The notes under the pieces are model-generated. The model had not been told where the DNA came from. It saw only the letters and a list, made by a program, of their open reading frames with translations, and searched no databases. A stretch of DNA of 64,000 nucleotides. Origin: Lama guanicoe (Eukaryota). The position numbers were made by a program, and so were the translations under genes. Location of the stretch: positions 2,652,084-2,716,083 of the forward strand of contig MU056050.1 of NCBI GenBank assembly GCA_013239625.1, given 5' to 3'. Shown one piece after another: positions 14,584-28,657 of this stretch (its first letter is position 1; the number at the start of each line of letters is the position of its first letter).

Positions 14584-16069
14584 TCCGTGTGTATTTTTAA
14601 ATGAGACTAAATCCCTAATTGGGTTATTACTTCAAAATAGAAACCTGTGACCATTATTACTTTAATTTTTATCTGGTATGAGTTAAACTCTCTCTAAAAT
14701 ATCTGCATTCTTCATCCAGGATACATTTGCATGCCCACTATGTGTTAGGTATGTTCTTTGAGATCTACAAACAAGATAGGTAGGGTCCCTCCCTCATAGA
14801 TCTAGTGGGGGAAAACAAGGAAAGAATCAGAATAGTTAAACTTGTAGTAAGAAGTGCTAGGAAGGAAACCTAATAGGGTGTGCTGAGCTAGAGAGAGTGT
14901 GTAAAACCACCCTTAGATAAGCGGCTCATGCTTGGAGGGGAGTGAAAGCCAACATTTGAAAAAGAATTTACTATTGAATTCTTACTGAAAACTCTTCAAC
15001 ATGTTAAGATTTGCACTGTACAAATTAAAGTGATTCACATCAGTGTAACAGTAGCACATTGGTCATTTAGGCTAATTTGTAGATATTAGAAGCCCAGTCT
15101 TCTGTCACTGGTGGTGTGGAACTGAACATAATAAATAATAGCTAATAGCTGGGCACTGTTGGAAGTAGTTTACATGCAGTAGCTTACGAAGGGCTCACCA
15201 CAACAGGTGAAGCGTGTTATCCTCCATTCTCTGTCCACTACCCACCATACCCGCCGCCATTTTTTATATTCAATCAAGAGGTAGTGAGGAAAATGCACAA
15301 AAAAGCTAAAACACTATGGGCAAGGTTACATGGCCAGTAAGTGATGAAGTTGGCATTCAAGCCCAGGCAGTCTGGCTGCATTTAGTCCCAACAGCATTGA
15401 AACTATTTGACACATAAGGATAACATAATTGCATAAAGGTAAAGTGGCACATTATTCATTGTGCCATGCTGAGGAGATGGAGCATCTATAAGGAGTCTAG
15501 CTGGCTATAGAACTGAGAGTGTGAATCAACATAGTCCTTTACATGCTACCCAGGTGACGTCTATAAAGAGAATATAAGTTAAATCTGAACCCTGAGCCCA
15601 TCAATAGCTACTAGTTAATAGTTTTTAAAGTTAAGAGACTGAGGAAGAGGAGTAAGGTTAACCAGGAGGGATGTCTTCAATATCTTGTCAAAAGGGGAAC
15701 TTGTAAGGATTCACGTGGATGAATTCCAGGTCAGATAGATTATTCTGGTAGCTGTAATGATTCAGCAAAAGAAAATGAGCCAGTGAGGCACAAGGTCTTT
15801 GGTTATAAGGAAACTAGGTGACGAAGTTCACTAAGTATCACTTCAAATCTGAACTGTCTACTGTGTACCTAGCCTTGTGCTAGCTGCTGACGCTAATTAG
15901 ACAGATTCTGTTGCTTACAGTTCTGCTGGGGATTGGGATGCAGATATGGAACTAATAAAATGGAGTAACTTCAATGCTTTTATTGGGTGTTATGAGATCC
16001 CAGAGGAGAGGCACTAACGGTGGGTGTGCTCAGGGAGGCTTCCTATAAGGCTGACATTTGAGGGTTTTT

Positions 16070-16655
16070 TTTTCTCAGCGTCTTACTATGAAAAATTTCA
16101 CGCAGCAACGCTGATAGAATTGTACAATGAACACATTTTACATACTTTATCCATCTATCAATATGTCTCTTTTTTATGTATTTAAAAGTAAACTGCAAAC
16201 ATGGGTATACTACCCCCTAAATATTTCATCATGCCTATCACTAAGAAGTTGCATATAATTTTTTCCTTTTGGTGTTAAAATTCATATATGATGAAATACA
16301 CAAACTGTAAGTATATATTTGCTGAATTTTAACGTGTTTGCAGCTGTTTAACCCAGACCCTTATTGAGGATATTAAACATTACCATCAATTCAGAAAGTT
16401 CCTTTATACTCCTTACCAATCAATCTCTGCTTCCATCCCTTCTCTGTAGAGGCAACAATTGTTTTTTTCCACCATAGGTAAAAATTGGCTGTTGTAGAAC
16501 TAGATTCGAATGGAATGGATACGAATGTGCAAGGTTTCACTCAGCATGCTTTTCAGATTTATCCATATTGTGTGTATCAACAATTTATTCGTTTGGTAGT
16601 TGACGGTCATCTGGGTTATTTCCACTTTTTGGCTGTTACGAATAAAACTGCCCTT
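16070..16655 (-). mobile_element. Old L1 (L1M-type) 3' fragments
   Basis: cactcagcatgcttttcagatttatccatattgtg...gggttatttccactttttggctgttacgaataaaactgc. Confidence 0.6.
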
Positions 16656-17891
16656 GAGTTGAACTTTAAAATCCAAGAAGTGGGCTAGGTGAATTGGAGG
16701 CGGGGTGACCATGGTCAAGAATTCCAGGCAAAGGGGACAGTATAAATGACTATCATGGATATAAGAACTGTTTAGTAACCAATTAGGCATGGGTGGGGCA
16801 AAGCTGTAAGACAATTGGCTACCCACTGCCTCTCATCCGCTTTAAAAAAGAAAAAGGGCATTCACAACTGTACCTTTGGTCACCAGTGTTAAATGCAGTG
16901 TTCTCGGAACTGGCAAATATCCAAGGTAGTGGTAGTAGTAGGGTGCCTTTAAATGAGTTGTGATAAATTGATTTGTGTAATAATACAGATATTGGCCTTG
17001 TTCTACTATTGAGAACAATAATACTTTTCCTACAGTTTATCAGTCATGTAGTTGTATTAAATTACTGAGACGTAGGTTCCTCAATTGAAGTCAGTTGGGG
17101 GCTGACAGTGCAAACTTCAAATGAAAGTTCAGCTACAGTAAATTTACTTGTTTTTTATTTTCCCTTTTCCCTCTTCCATCTTAAGTTCAGTAGAGGCGGG
17201 AGGAGTTAAGTAAATCTTTGGCAAGTTAGATTTTAAATAATTTTACAGTACTTATAGCAAAACTATAACTAATTTTGAAGCAGTAACAGCTAATATTTGT
17301 TGAGTGTTTACTGTTTGCCAAACATTATTCAAAGCACTTCACTAGTAGTTAATTCTTGCAGCAAATCTAGTTGATATTATCCACATTTTACAGATAAGGA
17401 AACTTGATGCACAGGTTCTATATCAACTTGCCTTAGGTGATGGAATTCAGATTTGAACCCAGATCATCTGACTCCACAGTGCATGCTCTTAACCATCACT
17501 CCTCATCTTTGTGCTAACAAATACATCACTTACTTCTGTATTTGTATACACTGCATTTCCTTTGTTGCACTGGATAAACTGCCCTGTATCTAAAACACTG
17601 GATTCCCCTTTCTTCCCTCCTGCATTATTATTAATTTTCCCCTCAACTGGATCATTCCTAACAACATGCAGACATCTCCCATCTTTAAAACTAGAGGAAA
17701 AACATTACTTTCATTAAACATCTCTCTTTAGCCACTGCCCCATTTCTCTCCTTTTGCTGTCTGGACTTCCTCTTCTCCCATTCTCTCTTGAAAGCTCTCC
17801 AATCAGGCTTTCATTTCTACCACTCCACTGAAACTCTTCTAAATCCCACATGACCTTTATTTTGCCAAATTTCCTTACCAATATTCTTTGT

Positions 17892-18030
17892 GTTTTGTTT
17901 TATTCTTTGTGGGTATTTTGGGGGAGGAGGTAATTAGGTTTATCTATTTTTAGACGAGGTACTGGAGATTGAACCCAGGACCTTGTGCATGACAAGCATG
18001 TACTCTTCACTTGAGCCATACCCTCTCTCC
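17892..18030 (-). mobile_element. Camelid tRNA-Ala-derived SINE (vic-1 type)
   Basis: The minus strand reads gggtatggctcaagtgaagagtacatgcttgtcatgcacaaggtcctgggttcaatctccagtacctc followed by an aaatagataaacctaattacctcc tail. A/B boxes present. Degenerate TSD aatattctttgt / aacattctatgt. Confidence 0.8.
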
Positions 18031-18819
18031 TCTAACATTCTATGTAACCTATCTACAGAGCCTAGTTTCCTCCTTTTTCCTAGTTTCCTCTTCCTCCTCC
18101 TCCTAGTTCCCTCAAGTTACAGTCTCCCCCTCTGTGCCCCAAGCTAACCTGCCAATGGCAGGTTGAGAATCATGCCCTTTTGGTGGAGTTCTGGGGATAA
18201 CTTTCTTTGGCGGCTACCTCTCAGGAAACTGACAGACGAGTGTTCCCACGTGGCTTTTCCAAAGCCTGTGGAACAGTAATTGAACTTGTAACTGTTACAT
18301 GAAGTCCCCAAACTCCATAGCTGTTAGGGTCTGGCTTATGCCACATGGAAACTTCCCTTGGATTTCCTGGCTTTCCTTGTTAGTGAAGCAACCAATTTTA
18401 TCATCTCCTCCTTTGCAAATGGCTTTGGTAGTGAGTTGAGAGAAGCTGGATAGGATGGTAAGATTAAGCTTGGAGCAGAGCATGGCACTCAATTTCATGC
18501 CTGCCAAAACCTGTTTGGGTCAGATTTATCTTCTGATTCTAATCCTCTTGGGACCACTGTCCTCTGTACCAAGTCTCAGTATAAGTGTAAACACATTTAA
18601 CTGGTCCTTCCATAGCATTTAAAGGTTTATCTGGCATTTCTTCAGATTTTAGCACCTTCAAAAGCCCTTTCTTAAGAATTGTCTGCTCTGAGAGCCCCAA
18701 TGGCTTCTGTATTAACTTCAGAAGGCTGAGCTGTTGTAAGAAGAGACTGAATAGCAATTCAGTGACTTATTACATAAGCTTTCTCCTGCTGGTAGCAACT
18801 CAGGACAACTCTTCCCAAT

Positions 18820-19750
18820 TGGCAGGTGCCTTTTCTCTATATGGTTATGGAAAGACACAGGCTAACGGAAGGCAACTCTGCCATCTTTAACACATGACTT
18901 CCAAAGTTGTTTGGTCGTTGCCATTCTAGCCCACAGGCGATGAGAAAGGTCGTGGAGGAATCATGTGGGGGGTTTTCATGGGCCACACCTGAAAACTGCA
19001 CCCACTGCTTCTGTTCACCTTTCACTGGAGAGAATTATATGGCCACACCCAACTTGCAAGGGGGCTGGGAAATGTAGCCTAGCAATGTGCCCAGGAGAAA
19101 GGGAAGAATGGATTTCTGCCTCAGTCTTTCTCCTCTGGCCATCCATGTACATCCGTCTTGCCATTCTTAGGACATGCTAACCCCATCCCCAAGGCAAACA
19201 ATCCAAAGTCCTATCCAGTTACTACATTTAATTTCTCTGCGTTATGCTCAGCCTTCTCCATCAAGTCCAGACATGGATGGATATCCTCTAACATCCAGTA
19301 TAGAATGGTGCAGCATGGACAGAACCACCACAATAACTCACATCCAGAAAAGGGAAGGTTGGGAAATGCAGCAGTCACTGGTCCATAGGAAACCTGCTAG
19401 ACAGAAATTACGAAGACCTGCTGTTTGGAGGAAGTCCTTCGGTCAGATTCCGGTTTTGCTCTCTGGATGGGATTTCCTTATCCTTTGTCTTCCTTCTCCT
19501 CCTCCTGGAAGTTTTTCCTTGTCCTTTATCCTCCATGGCCACCTCTTAACTGGGCAATGCCAAACAGTTAATTTTGTTTGGTAGCATCCCACTTTAAGGT
19601 ACCTGATCTGTATTAATTGATATAGGATACACTGCTGTTAAAAGATCCAATAATGCCTTACATACAGTGGCTTACATAAGAGAGAGTTTTTTCCCTGCTC
19701 TTATATCGTGCAGGGTAGCTGTTCTGGGTGAGGATGTTACTCCCTTCTAT
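18820..19750. mobile_element. Old MaLR/ERVL LTR-derived fragments
   Basis: atggccacacccaacttgcaagggggctgggaaatgtagcctagc...gtgcccaggaga is MLT1-like. Confidence 0.45.
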
Positions 19751-19849
19751 GTGGTTATCCTCGTTGACAGAGGGAAGTTCCATCATTTTTTAAGATTTTT
19801 TTTCAGCAGGCATATATCATTTAGTAGAGTTCACCATTTACAGCTTTTT

Positions 19850-22800
19850 TCTTTTGGTATAAATTTTACATATTGATTTTGAAATAATGTCAGACTTACA
19901 TAAATGTTGCAAGAATCAGTACAAAGTCCTGTATACCCTTTAGCCAGATTATTCCTTAAGTTTTACTGTATTTATCATTCTCCGTCAATGTGTACATGTT
20001 TTTTTCCTGAAGTTTAAGTATGTTGCATGATGCCCCTTTAGTCCTTAGTAATGTGTTTTTCCTAAAATACAAGGATATTCATTTGCATAAGCATGGTACA
20101 ATTAAAAATCAGGAGGCTAACATAACGCTACTATTTTATCTACAGACCTTAATCAGATTTTTCTTACTGTCCAACTGGTGTTCATTATATCAAGAAAATA
20201 AAAATATCTGGTCCAAGAACTAATTCATGATGACATTTAATTGTCATGTCTAATCTCTTTTAATCCAGAAACATCCCTAGTCTTTGTGTTTTATGACATG
20301 GATATTTTTGAAGAGTATAGGCCAGTCATTCTGTGAAATGTCCCTCAGTTTGGGCTTGCCTAATATTTCCTCATGATTAGACAGATTCAGGCTATGCACT
20401 TTGGGCAGGAGTACTACAGAAGTAATGTGTCTGTCCTCAGTGCATCAAATCAGGAAGCACATGATGGTGATCTGTCCCACTATTGGTGATTTTAACTTGG
20501 ATTACTTGGTTGGAGTGATGCTGGAGACCCACTGTGAAGCTACTATTTTTGCTTTGCAATTAGTATTTTCTGGGGAGATATTTTGAGTTCATGTAAATAT
20601 CCTCTAACTCAACTTTTCTTGCCTGAATCAATTATTACTATTTATTATATCAGTATGGATGCATGAATATTTGTTTTAATCTGTGGCTATAATTTAATAT
20701 CATTATTTATCTTGATCAAATTCTCACAGTTTGTCCAGCGACAGTCCTTTTAAGCTGGCTCCTGTGGTTTTTGGCATGTTCCCCTCATTCTTTGATCATT
20801 TCATTACTTTTTGGTACCACAAGATAGTCCAGGCTCATTTTGTACTTTACCTGCCCAGCATTGAAATCAGCCATTTCTCTAAGAAGCCCCAGTTCCTTTT
20901 ATTGAAGAATGGTATTTAGAAACCAGGATATGGGATCTACACATGTCATTGGCACTGGGGTGTGATTGCTTCTAGAGGCCTTCTTAGAGAACAGGGCTGG
21001 GAAATATATGTAGGTATATGCAGGCATATGCATGCTTCTATATCTGTATGTACATTCCTCCCCTGCCACCGCCACCATAATGCGGTAATGTCACTGATTT
21101 GACATACAGTTGCGTTCATTCACTTCTTCTTATATTGCATTTTGGGGGCATCTGCAATCCTTATTTATTTATTTTTGAACATGTGAAACATTATTAACTT
21201 GACTCCAAAAGCCAAAACCACATGAAATATATACTCAGAATCTCACTCCCACCCTTGATTCCTTCTATCCTTTTTGCATTCACCATTTCTTTCCATCCTG
21301 TTTCCACTTACCCGCTGTAGATAACCAGTCTTTTAAGTTTCTGGTTTATATTTCCTGTAGTTCCTTTTGCAAAAGAAGCAGATGTATGGAAATTTTCTTA
21401 TTTTCCCTTCTTTCTTACTTTTTTGCAGTCTTCCTTTTTTTTTTTTTTTAACTTAGTACTTCCTAGAAGTCACTCCATATCATTTACGGAGTCTTTCTCA
21501 TTCTTTCTTGCGGAAACATAATACTTCATTGTGTGGGTATACTATAGTTTAACTACTCTCCTATGTATGGGTGTTCAGGTTGTTTTCATTGTTTTGCATT
21601 CACAAAAAAATGCTGCAATGAGTAACCGTATGTATATATATTTTTGTATTGTTGAAGGTGTATCTTCAGAGTAAATTCCTAGGATTGGAAATGCTGGTTC
21701 AAATGACAAATGCCTGTGTATTTTTGTTAAATATTGCCAAAGCCCTCTCCATAAGGGTTGTACCAATTTGCATTCCCACCAGCATATGGTACTGAATGTG
21801 TGTGAATGCCTATTTCTCCAAAGCCTCACCAACTGACTGTGTTGTCTTACTTTTTAATGTCTGCCAATCTGATAGCTGAGAAATGGTATCTCAGTGTAGT
21901 TTCAATTTGCATTTCTACTATTTAACTGAGGTTGAACATTGTATTGTTTAAGGGCCATTTTTATGTCGTGTGTGTGTGTGTGTGTGTGTGTGTGAGAATT
22001 GTCTGTCTTCTGCTTATTTTTAAAGTTTTTGGTATTTTCCCCTCAATTTAAAAGAGTTCTTTAGATAGTAGTGATATTTGCCCACTGTGATGTATGTTGC
22101 AAATACTTTCTGCCAGTTTGTCATTTCTCTTTGACTTTGTTTATGCTAAATTAAAAAATATATATATATATATCACCATGCAAAGGTTTTAAAAACTTTT
22201 ATGTGGTCAAATGTATCAATCTTTTATCGCATCTGGATTTGGAGTCATGGTTAGAAAACTTTTCCGTACACCCAGGACATATAAGAATTCACCAAAATGT
22301 TCTTCTAGGACATACTGGGTTTCATGTATTTATTCAGATCTCTGATCCATGTGAAATTTATTTTTGCATGTGGTGTGAGGTATGAATCTAATTTTATCTT
22401 TTTCCAAATAGATGTCCTGCATTGTTTATTCAAAGTTCATTTTTGTTCCAGTGATTTTTGATGTCATCTTTATCATATACTAAATTCTCTATGTAGTTGG
22501 TTTATATTTCTGGACTTTTATTCTGTCTCACTGGTCTACTTCCATTCAGGTGAGCAGTACCACACTGTTTTGTTTATAAAGGCTTTATATTATGCTTTAA
22601 CATTCCATATGTAATTTCTCTTTCAGTGGTTTTCTAGCTCTTCATTAATGTTTATTTTTCCATAAAGACAGTTTTCCATTTTTCCATATAGACTTGTCTA
22701 GCTCCATAAAGAAAAACTTTTTAGTATTTTATTGAGATTGTGTTAAATTAAAAAATTAAGTTGAGGAGAACTGATATCTTTATGATGCTGAGTTGTTCTA

Positions 22801-23040
22801 TCCAGGAACAGGGGGTATCTTTCCATTTCTTCAAGTCTACTTTGTGTCTTTCAGGAGTGTTTTAAAGCTTTCCTCACATAGGTTTTGCACATTTCTTACT
22901 AATTTTATTTCTAAGTATTTTAAATATCTTCATTGTTATAATGTGAGTGGGATTTTTCTCTACTATTATCTTCTCTGATTATTGCTTGTGTATATAAAGG
23001 CTATTGATTTCTGCATCTTAATTTTATGTTCTGCTATCTT
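19850..23040 (-). mobile_element. Old L1 fragments (3' UTR and ORF2), minus strand
   Basis: ORF 21575-21832 (WWECKLVQPLW) is an L1 ORF2 C-terminal remnant. Typical antisense T-rich L1 sequence. Confidence 0.8.
21968..21994. repeat. (GT)n microsatellite
   Basis: gtgtgtgt run. Confidence 0.95.
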
Positions 23041-24330
23041 ACTGGATAAAATGGTGTTGGAACAACTGGTTAACTATATGAAAAAAAAATTAACCTCAAC
23101 TCTTATCTCACACTATGCACAAAATCAATCTGAGATGGATTATAGATCTAAAGCTTCTAAAAAACCAGAGAGGAACATCTTTGTTATTTGATGGTAGGTA
23201 AAGGTTTCTTAGGACACAGATAACAATATCTATCAAAGAAAAAAATTGATAAAATAGACCTCATCAAAATGTAAACCTGTGATAATGAAATGACACTATT
23301 AAGAAAATACATAGGCAAACCACAGAGTGGGAGAAAATACAAAACATATATCTGAAAAAGGACTGGTATCCAGGATATATTTAAAAAAAAACTCCTGACA
23401 ACCCAATGAAATACCCAATAAAAATGGGCAAAAATTTGAACTCACAAAATTTGCACACACACTTCGCACTTCACAATGAAAGATCGATGAATGGGAAACA
23501 AAGCCACGCAAAACATGTTCTATCATATTAGTCATGAAGGAAATGCAAATTAGAATATCAACGAGATACTACTCCACACCCATCAGAATGATGAAAATCA
23601 AAAAGACTGATGACATAAAATACTGGCAAGGGTGTTGAGAAAGTGAAACTCAGCTATTTTGTTTTGGAAAAAGGTCTGGCAGTTTCTTAGGAAACTAAAC
23701 ATACACATACATATTCTGTGATCCAGCAGTTCTACTCTTAGGTGTTCATCCAAGAGAAGTGAAGGCATATGTCTATAAAAAGACTTGTAGAAGCATGTTC
23801 ATAACAGCTTTAGTTACAATAGCCCCAAACTGGAAATAGCCCAAGTTCCATCAGCAGGAAAAAGGGTAAGTAAACTGAAGTATATTTATCCAATGAAATA
23901 TGACTCAGCAACAAAAAGGAGTGGTAGAAAAAATCATAACAGTGGTTGTCTCTGGTGTGTAGAGGCCAGGACTGACTAGAAAGTAATACAAGCCAACTGT
24001 GGCGATGGATAAGCTTTGTCCTGTGTAACTCAAACCCTTAGACTTAATATTTGTACATTTCATGTTATTTATGTTTTACCTAATAACAAAACCCATAAAT
24101 AAACATTTAACTCTACTTAATATTATACCTAAGTGTTTAAATGTGAAAAGAACTGCTGTCTTTAACTTCTTTCAAAATGCATCAAAAATAAGATTAATTC
24201 ATGGATGAGATGGATAGATATGTGTAGTTAAAATGTTACTTGTAGACTCCAGGTGGTGGGTATATGAGTGTTCACTGTAGAAATCTTTCAACTTCTGTGC
24301 TTGAGAATCTCCATAGCAAAATGTTGAAAA
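23041..24330 (+). mobile_element. Old L1 (L1ME/MD-like) ORF2 end and 3' UTR
   Basis: aaatggtgttggaacaactgg...gaaatgcaaatt...agccccaaactggaaa. Confidence 0.75.
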
Positions 24331-24574
24331 GGAAGGAATGAGGAAAAGAGGGGGGAGATGGGGGAGAGGGGAAAAAGAATCACTTATCTTGAGTTTTAAG
24401 CTAGGACTATGTGGTCTCTGGAAACAAGGAAGGCTAACAATCTGTTCCTAGAACCAAATTAAGAGACTAGGTAGTTACCTGATCATACACAGACAGTATA
24501 TGGTTTTTGGAGGACCACTTAATTTACCATTGTTTTAAAAAATATGTACAGTTTTAATTAAAGAGCTTAATTGG

Positions 24575-24700
24575 ATCCTTTTCATAAGTGTGATGATTGG
24601 GTGTTCACTTGTTATGTGACATGTGCCTCCCTCAAATCTTGTTATGACACTGGTGAATAACTCATCTGACAAAAACACAGAACAAAACAAAAACCAAAAA
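24575..24700 (+). pseudogene. SNORD13: U13 (SNORD13) snoRNA retro-pseudogene with A-rich tail
   Basis: atcctt..ttcataagtgtgatgattgggtgttca...gtgacatgtgcctccctcaaatcttgttatgac...catctgac resembles U13. Box C TGATGA at 24591-24596, box D CTGA at 24666-24669, followed by an A-rich tail. Confidence 0.85.
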
Positions 24701-25779
24701 GTTACCCAATAAAAGCAACAAGAACACCACTGATGGCTTATTCACTTCCCCTATGGAAGAACTCAAACTTGTATCAATGCAATCTGTTTAAGTGTAAGAT
24801 TTTGCCTTGTTAAACAACTGGTAGTGTGGCTGCATTCAGAAAGTTATTTAATTTTTGTGATTTATCATAGAGTAGTAGAGCTAGAAGGAACCTCAGAAAT
24901 TTCTAATCCAGCTCATCTTCTACACAGAAGAAAGCATGCCCAGGGAATAATAAAGCAGGTTAAAGGCAAACTCAAGTTTTCCAACTACCTGTCTCTTGTT
25001 TTCCTCACTCCAGGGATTTTCAAATATTTTAGCAGAACTATCTTGTAAGATGAAATTGTACACAGAACCCCTACATGCAAAATGGATAAAAATAACAAAT
25101 GAGTTTCATAGGTAGTTTAAATCTCTATTGTTTGGTAGAAAATATTTACCTGAAGAGCCTCTAAAATTTCTAGATCCCATTTTATAAAATGTGGACAAAG
25201 GTAAAATGATTCTTTTATTTGTGTCTTGGTAACTTACAATTTTACACCTCTGCCTTGAAGGCAGTTATTGAAATTTAAGAGGATATGTGTATGGTCCTCT
25301 TGCCCAACTGACTTCTAGTTTGCTTTCTCTCAATATTCAAAGCCCTGTTTCTGTTCAGCCATGACTTGTAGAGTGGGCTAAATGGCCACTAATGTTTAAA
25401 CATACGTTGTTCAAAAAAGAATAAAACAACAATATAAAAATAAGCAAGTAATCAGGACAAAAGGTAATTAAAAGTAAAAATCAAGGTCCTATATACCTAC
25501 TAGAAGTGGGCCATAAATTTGTTTCTGACCTTTCTAAAAGTGAACACCAAGAGTGAAAAAATGGTTAGTTACAGGATTCACAGTGTCCCAAAGCATCTAA
25601 AACAAAACCAGTTTTTCAGATAAAGTCTAACTCTTGTGAATTCTTATAAATGGGATTCTGAGCAATGAATTTTACTTACTGACAATAAGTAAAATCTCAC
25701 ATTTCTAGTATACTTCTTATGATATCCCTTGGTGTAAGCTTTTAGAATAATGCCAAAGTGCAATTCACTAAGAGTAGTT

Positions 25780-26270
25780 CCACAGCAGCATTATTCACAA
25801 TAGCCAAAAAGTGGAAGCAATGCAAATGTCCATCAACTGATGAATGAATGAATGAATGAATGAATAAAATATGGTATATCCCCAAATGGAATATTACTCA
25901 TCCATAAAAAATGAATGAAGTAATGATACATGCTGTAACATGGATGAGTCTTGAAAATATTATGCTTAGTGAAAAGACTCTAGTCACAGAAGACCACATA
26001 TTGGATGATTCCATTCATGAACTGTTTAGAAAATGCAAATCTATAAGAGAAAAGAGATTAGTGGTTTGCAGTGGATGACAGTGGTGGTGAGGGGAAAGGG
26101 GGTGTGACAGCTAATGGGTATAGAATTTTTTTGAGGGAGTGATGAAAATGTTCCAAAGAATAACTGTGGTGATGGTTACACAACTCTGTGAATATACTAG
26201 AAAATACTGAATTATGCATTTTAAATAGGCAAATTTTATGGTATGTGGATTATATCTCAATTTTTAAAAA
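25780..26270 (+). mobile_element. L1MB-like 3' end containing (TGAA)n
   Basis: gcagcattattcacaatagccaaaaagtggaagcaa...tatatctcaattttt. Confidence 0.8.
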
Positions 26271-27512
26271 GTGGGGGCCAAAGTAATTCAGTCCAGGGTT
26301 ACAGCTTGTACTCAGGGATATACTTCTACCCAGGGATAAAATTTAGACTAGAGAAATGGATGGACTTCATAGCCTTCAGGCAACCCTCCCTAAAATTTGA
26401 TTTCTTTCAGCTGAGCTTTCAATAAGTGGAGCAACTGTGGGTTGGAGGGTGTGCTGTCTTACAAGCCCTTAGAGCACAACTCTTCTGTGTTTGTCCAGGT
26501 ACAGAATCATGTGTTTTAAAAGTCAACCTAATTGAAAGATTAGCCAAAAAGAACCCATCCTGGAGTAGAAAGTCACTGCCCTTCAGTGTGAAGGCAGGCC
26601 GAAGGAATGTTTACTGTCAGGGCAATATAACTCTCAAGAAGTAGGCTGGGATTTGCTTTAGCACATAGATGAATCAGATCTCAAAATTCTGTACTAGAGA
26701 GCAACACTATAGTAATTCTAGACTGGAAAAAAATTTAAAGCAGTAACCAAATCTCAGTCATGAAAAAGAACATCAGGAAAGATTTAGCTTTGAACAATGT
26801 AACGTCCTGATGAGCCAGCCACCAAAGAGAGACCAGTTGTAAAAGGTATTCCTAGGTAACTGAACGAAGTGACTTTATTGAATAAGATTGTTAGTGCTGA
26901 ACTTGATAAATATTGGAGAATGTCTACCCAAAATGGTGATTTTGATTTTCTAAGGGCTGGTTTGAAGCCCCTCTATTATTACCACTCCTAGTTTGTGACA
27001 ATAAAACCTCTGCATGTGGGAAAGGGTAAGGCATCTACTTATTTCAAAGGGATATTAAGTTATGCAGGCACACCAACACTGAGGAGGAGCTGGAACACGT
27101 GCCCATCGGATCAATCAGAAAACGTAAAGTGAAAAGGTTAAGTGAAATACTCCTCGTGATTCTGATGTTCTTATTTACTTGGTGATTAGAGGTGCACTGA
27201 ATATATACTTAAACAAAATGCAAAATGGCCACATGTTAAAAATCAATATTTCTCTGGAGCTAAGGCCAAAACTAAAGAACACTATCACAGAAAAAACTTC
27301 TGGAATATAAGAGTAAGTACAAAACTTTACTGAAAAATTATTAAATATCTTTGTTTAAAAATGACATTTTCACATTTAAAATTTTGACATCATAATTCAG
27401 GAACACTAATTTCTCAGCACTGTCAGTTTTGTATACTGCTTGAAGAAAATATTTTCTGAATATTTTTAATAGACTTTATTTTTCAAGTTCACAGCAAAAT
27501 TGAGTGGAGGGT

Positions 27513-28650
27513 ACCTAAAGACAAATGAAAACAAAAACAGAACAATCTAAAACCTCTGGGACACAACAAAAGCAGCGCTAAGAGGGACATTTATAGTGAT
27601 AGAAGCTTACCTCAGGAAACAAGAAAAATCTCAAATAACAACCTAACCTCACAACTAAAGCAATTAGAGAAAGAAGAACGAACAAAACCCAGAATAGTAG
27701 AAGAAAAGAAATCACAAAAATTAGATTAGAGACTTTAAAAACAATAGAAAAGATCAATGAAACTGAAAGCTGGTTCTTTGAAAAGATAAACAAAATTGAT
27801 AAACCTTTAGCATAACTCATCAAGAAAAAAAGGGAGAGGGTCTAAATTAATAAAATCAGAAATGAAAAAGGAGAAGTTACAATCGACACCACAGAAATAC
27901 AAGGGATCATAAGAGGCTACTATGAGCAACTATATGCCAACAAAAAGGACAACCTAGAAGAAATGGACAACTTCTTAGAAAGGCACAATTTGCCAAAATG
28001 GAACCAGGAAGAAATAGACAATATGAATAGACCAATTACTAGTACTGAAATCAAATCAGTAACTAAAAAACTCACAACAAGCAAAAGTCCAGGACCAGAT
28101 GGATTCACAGGTGAATTCTACGAAACATTTAGAGAAGAGTTAACACCTATCCTTCTGAAACTATTCCAAAAGATTGCAGAGGAAGGAACACTCCCGAACT
28201 TATTCTATGAGATCACCACTACCCTGATACGAAAACCAGACAAAAATATCACAAAAAAAGAAAAGTACAGATATATGAGGTCGCTTATTATGTGGAATCT
28301 AAAAAAAATGATACAAATTTTATTTACAAACCAGAAATAGACCCATGGACATAGAAAACAAACTGTGTTTGCCAGTGGGGAAGGTGGGTGGAGGGATAGA
28401 TTAGGAGTTTGGGATTAACAGATATACATTATTGTATATAAAATAGACAAACAACAAGGACCTACTGTATAGTACACGGAACTATATTCAATTTCTTGTA
28501 ATGAGCCATAATGGAAAAGAAACTGAAAAAGTATATATGTATATATGTACATGTATAACTGAATCGCTTTACTGTACACCTAAAACTAACATTGTAAATC
28601 AACTACATTTCAATAAAAAATAAGAATAAAAACATAAAAGATAAAATTAA
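27513..28650 (+). mobile_element. Lineage L1: ORF2 fragment joined directly to the 3' UTR and poly(A)
   Basis: ORF 27963-28340 (MDNFLERHNLPKWNQEE...KSPGPDGFTGEFY) is L1 ORF2. It switches to 3'-UTR sequence at ~28272 and has an A-rich tail at 28612-28650. Confidence 0.9.
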
Positions 28651-28657
28651 AACAGAG

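Larger units (their letters stand above)
12555..14600 (+). other. STAG2: STAG2 3' UTR (about 2 kb, AU-rich, no interspersed repeat recognised)
   Basis: Follows the stop codon. Several AATAAA and miRNA seed matches. L2-like repeats resume after ~14700. The end coordinate is approximate. Confidence 0.85.

Noticed and set aside
18060..18115. Thrice-repeated cctagtt(t/c)cctc motif resembling a repeat-spacer array
   Set aside because: Low-complexity pyrimidine slippage repeat with only three short units; not CRISPR-like.
18295..18757. Minus-strand ORFs as a possible old pseudogene
   Set aside because: No recognisable protein similarity; short ORFs at a frequency expected by chance.
21540..24330. 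Twin-priming inversion at the L1 strand switch near 23040
   Set aside because: The minus and plus segments cover overlapping parts of L1 ORF2/3' end and are diverged, so they look like two independent old elements.
27060..27145. Possible orphan exon (atgcag...gaaaag|gttaag)
   Set aside because: Poor polypyrimidine tract, weak donor and no recognisable peptide.
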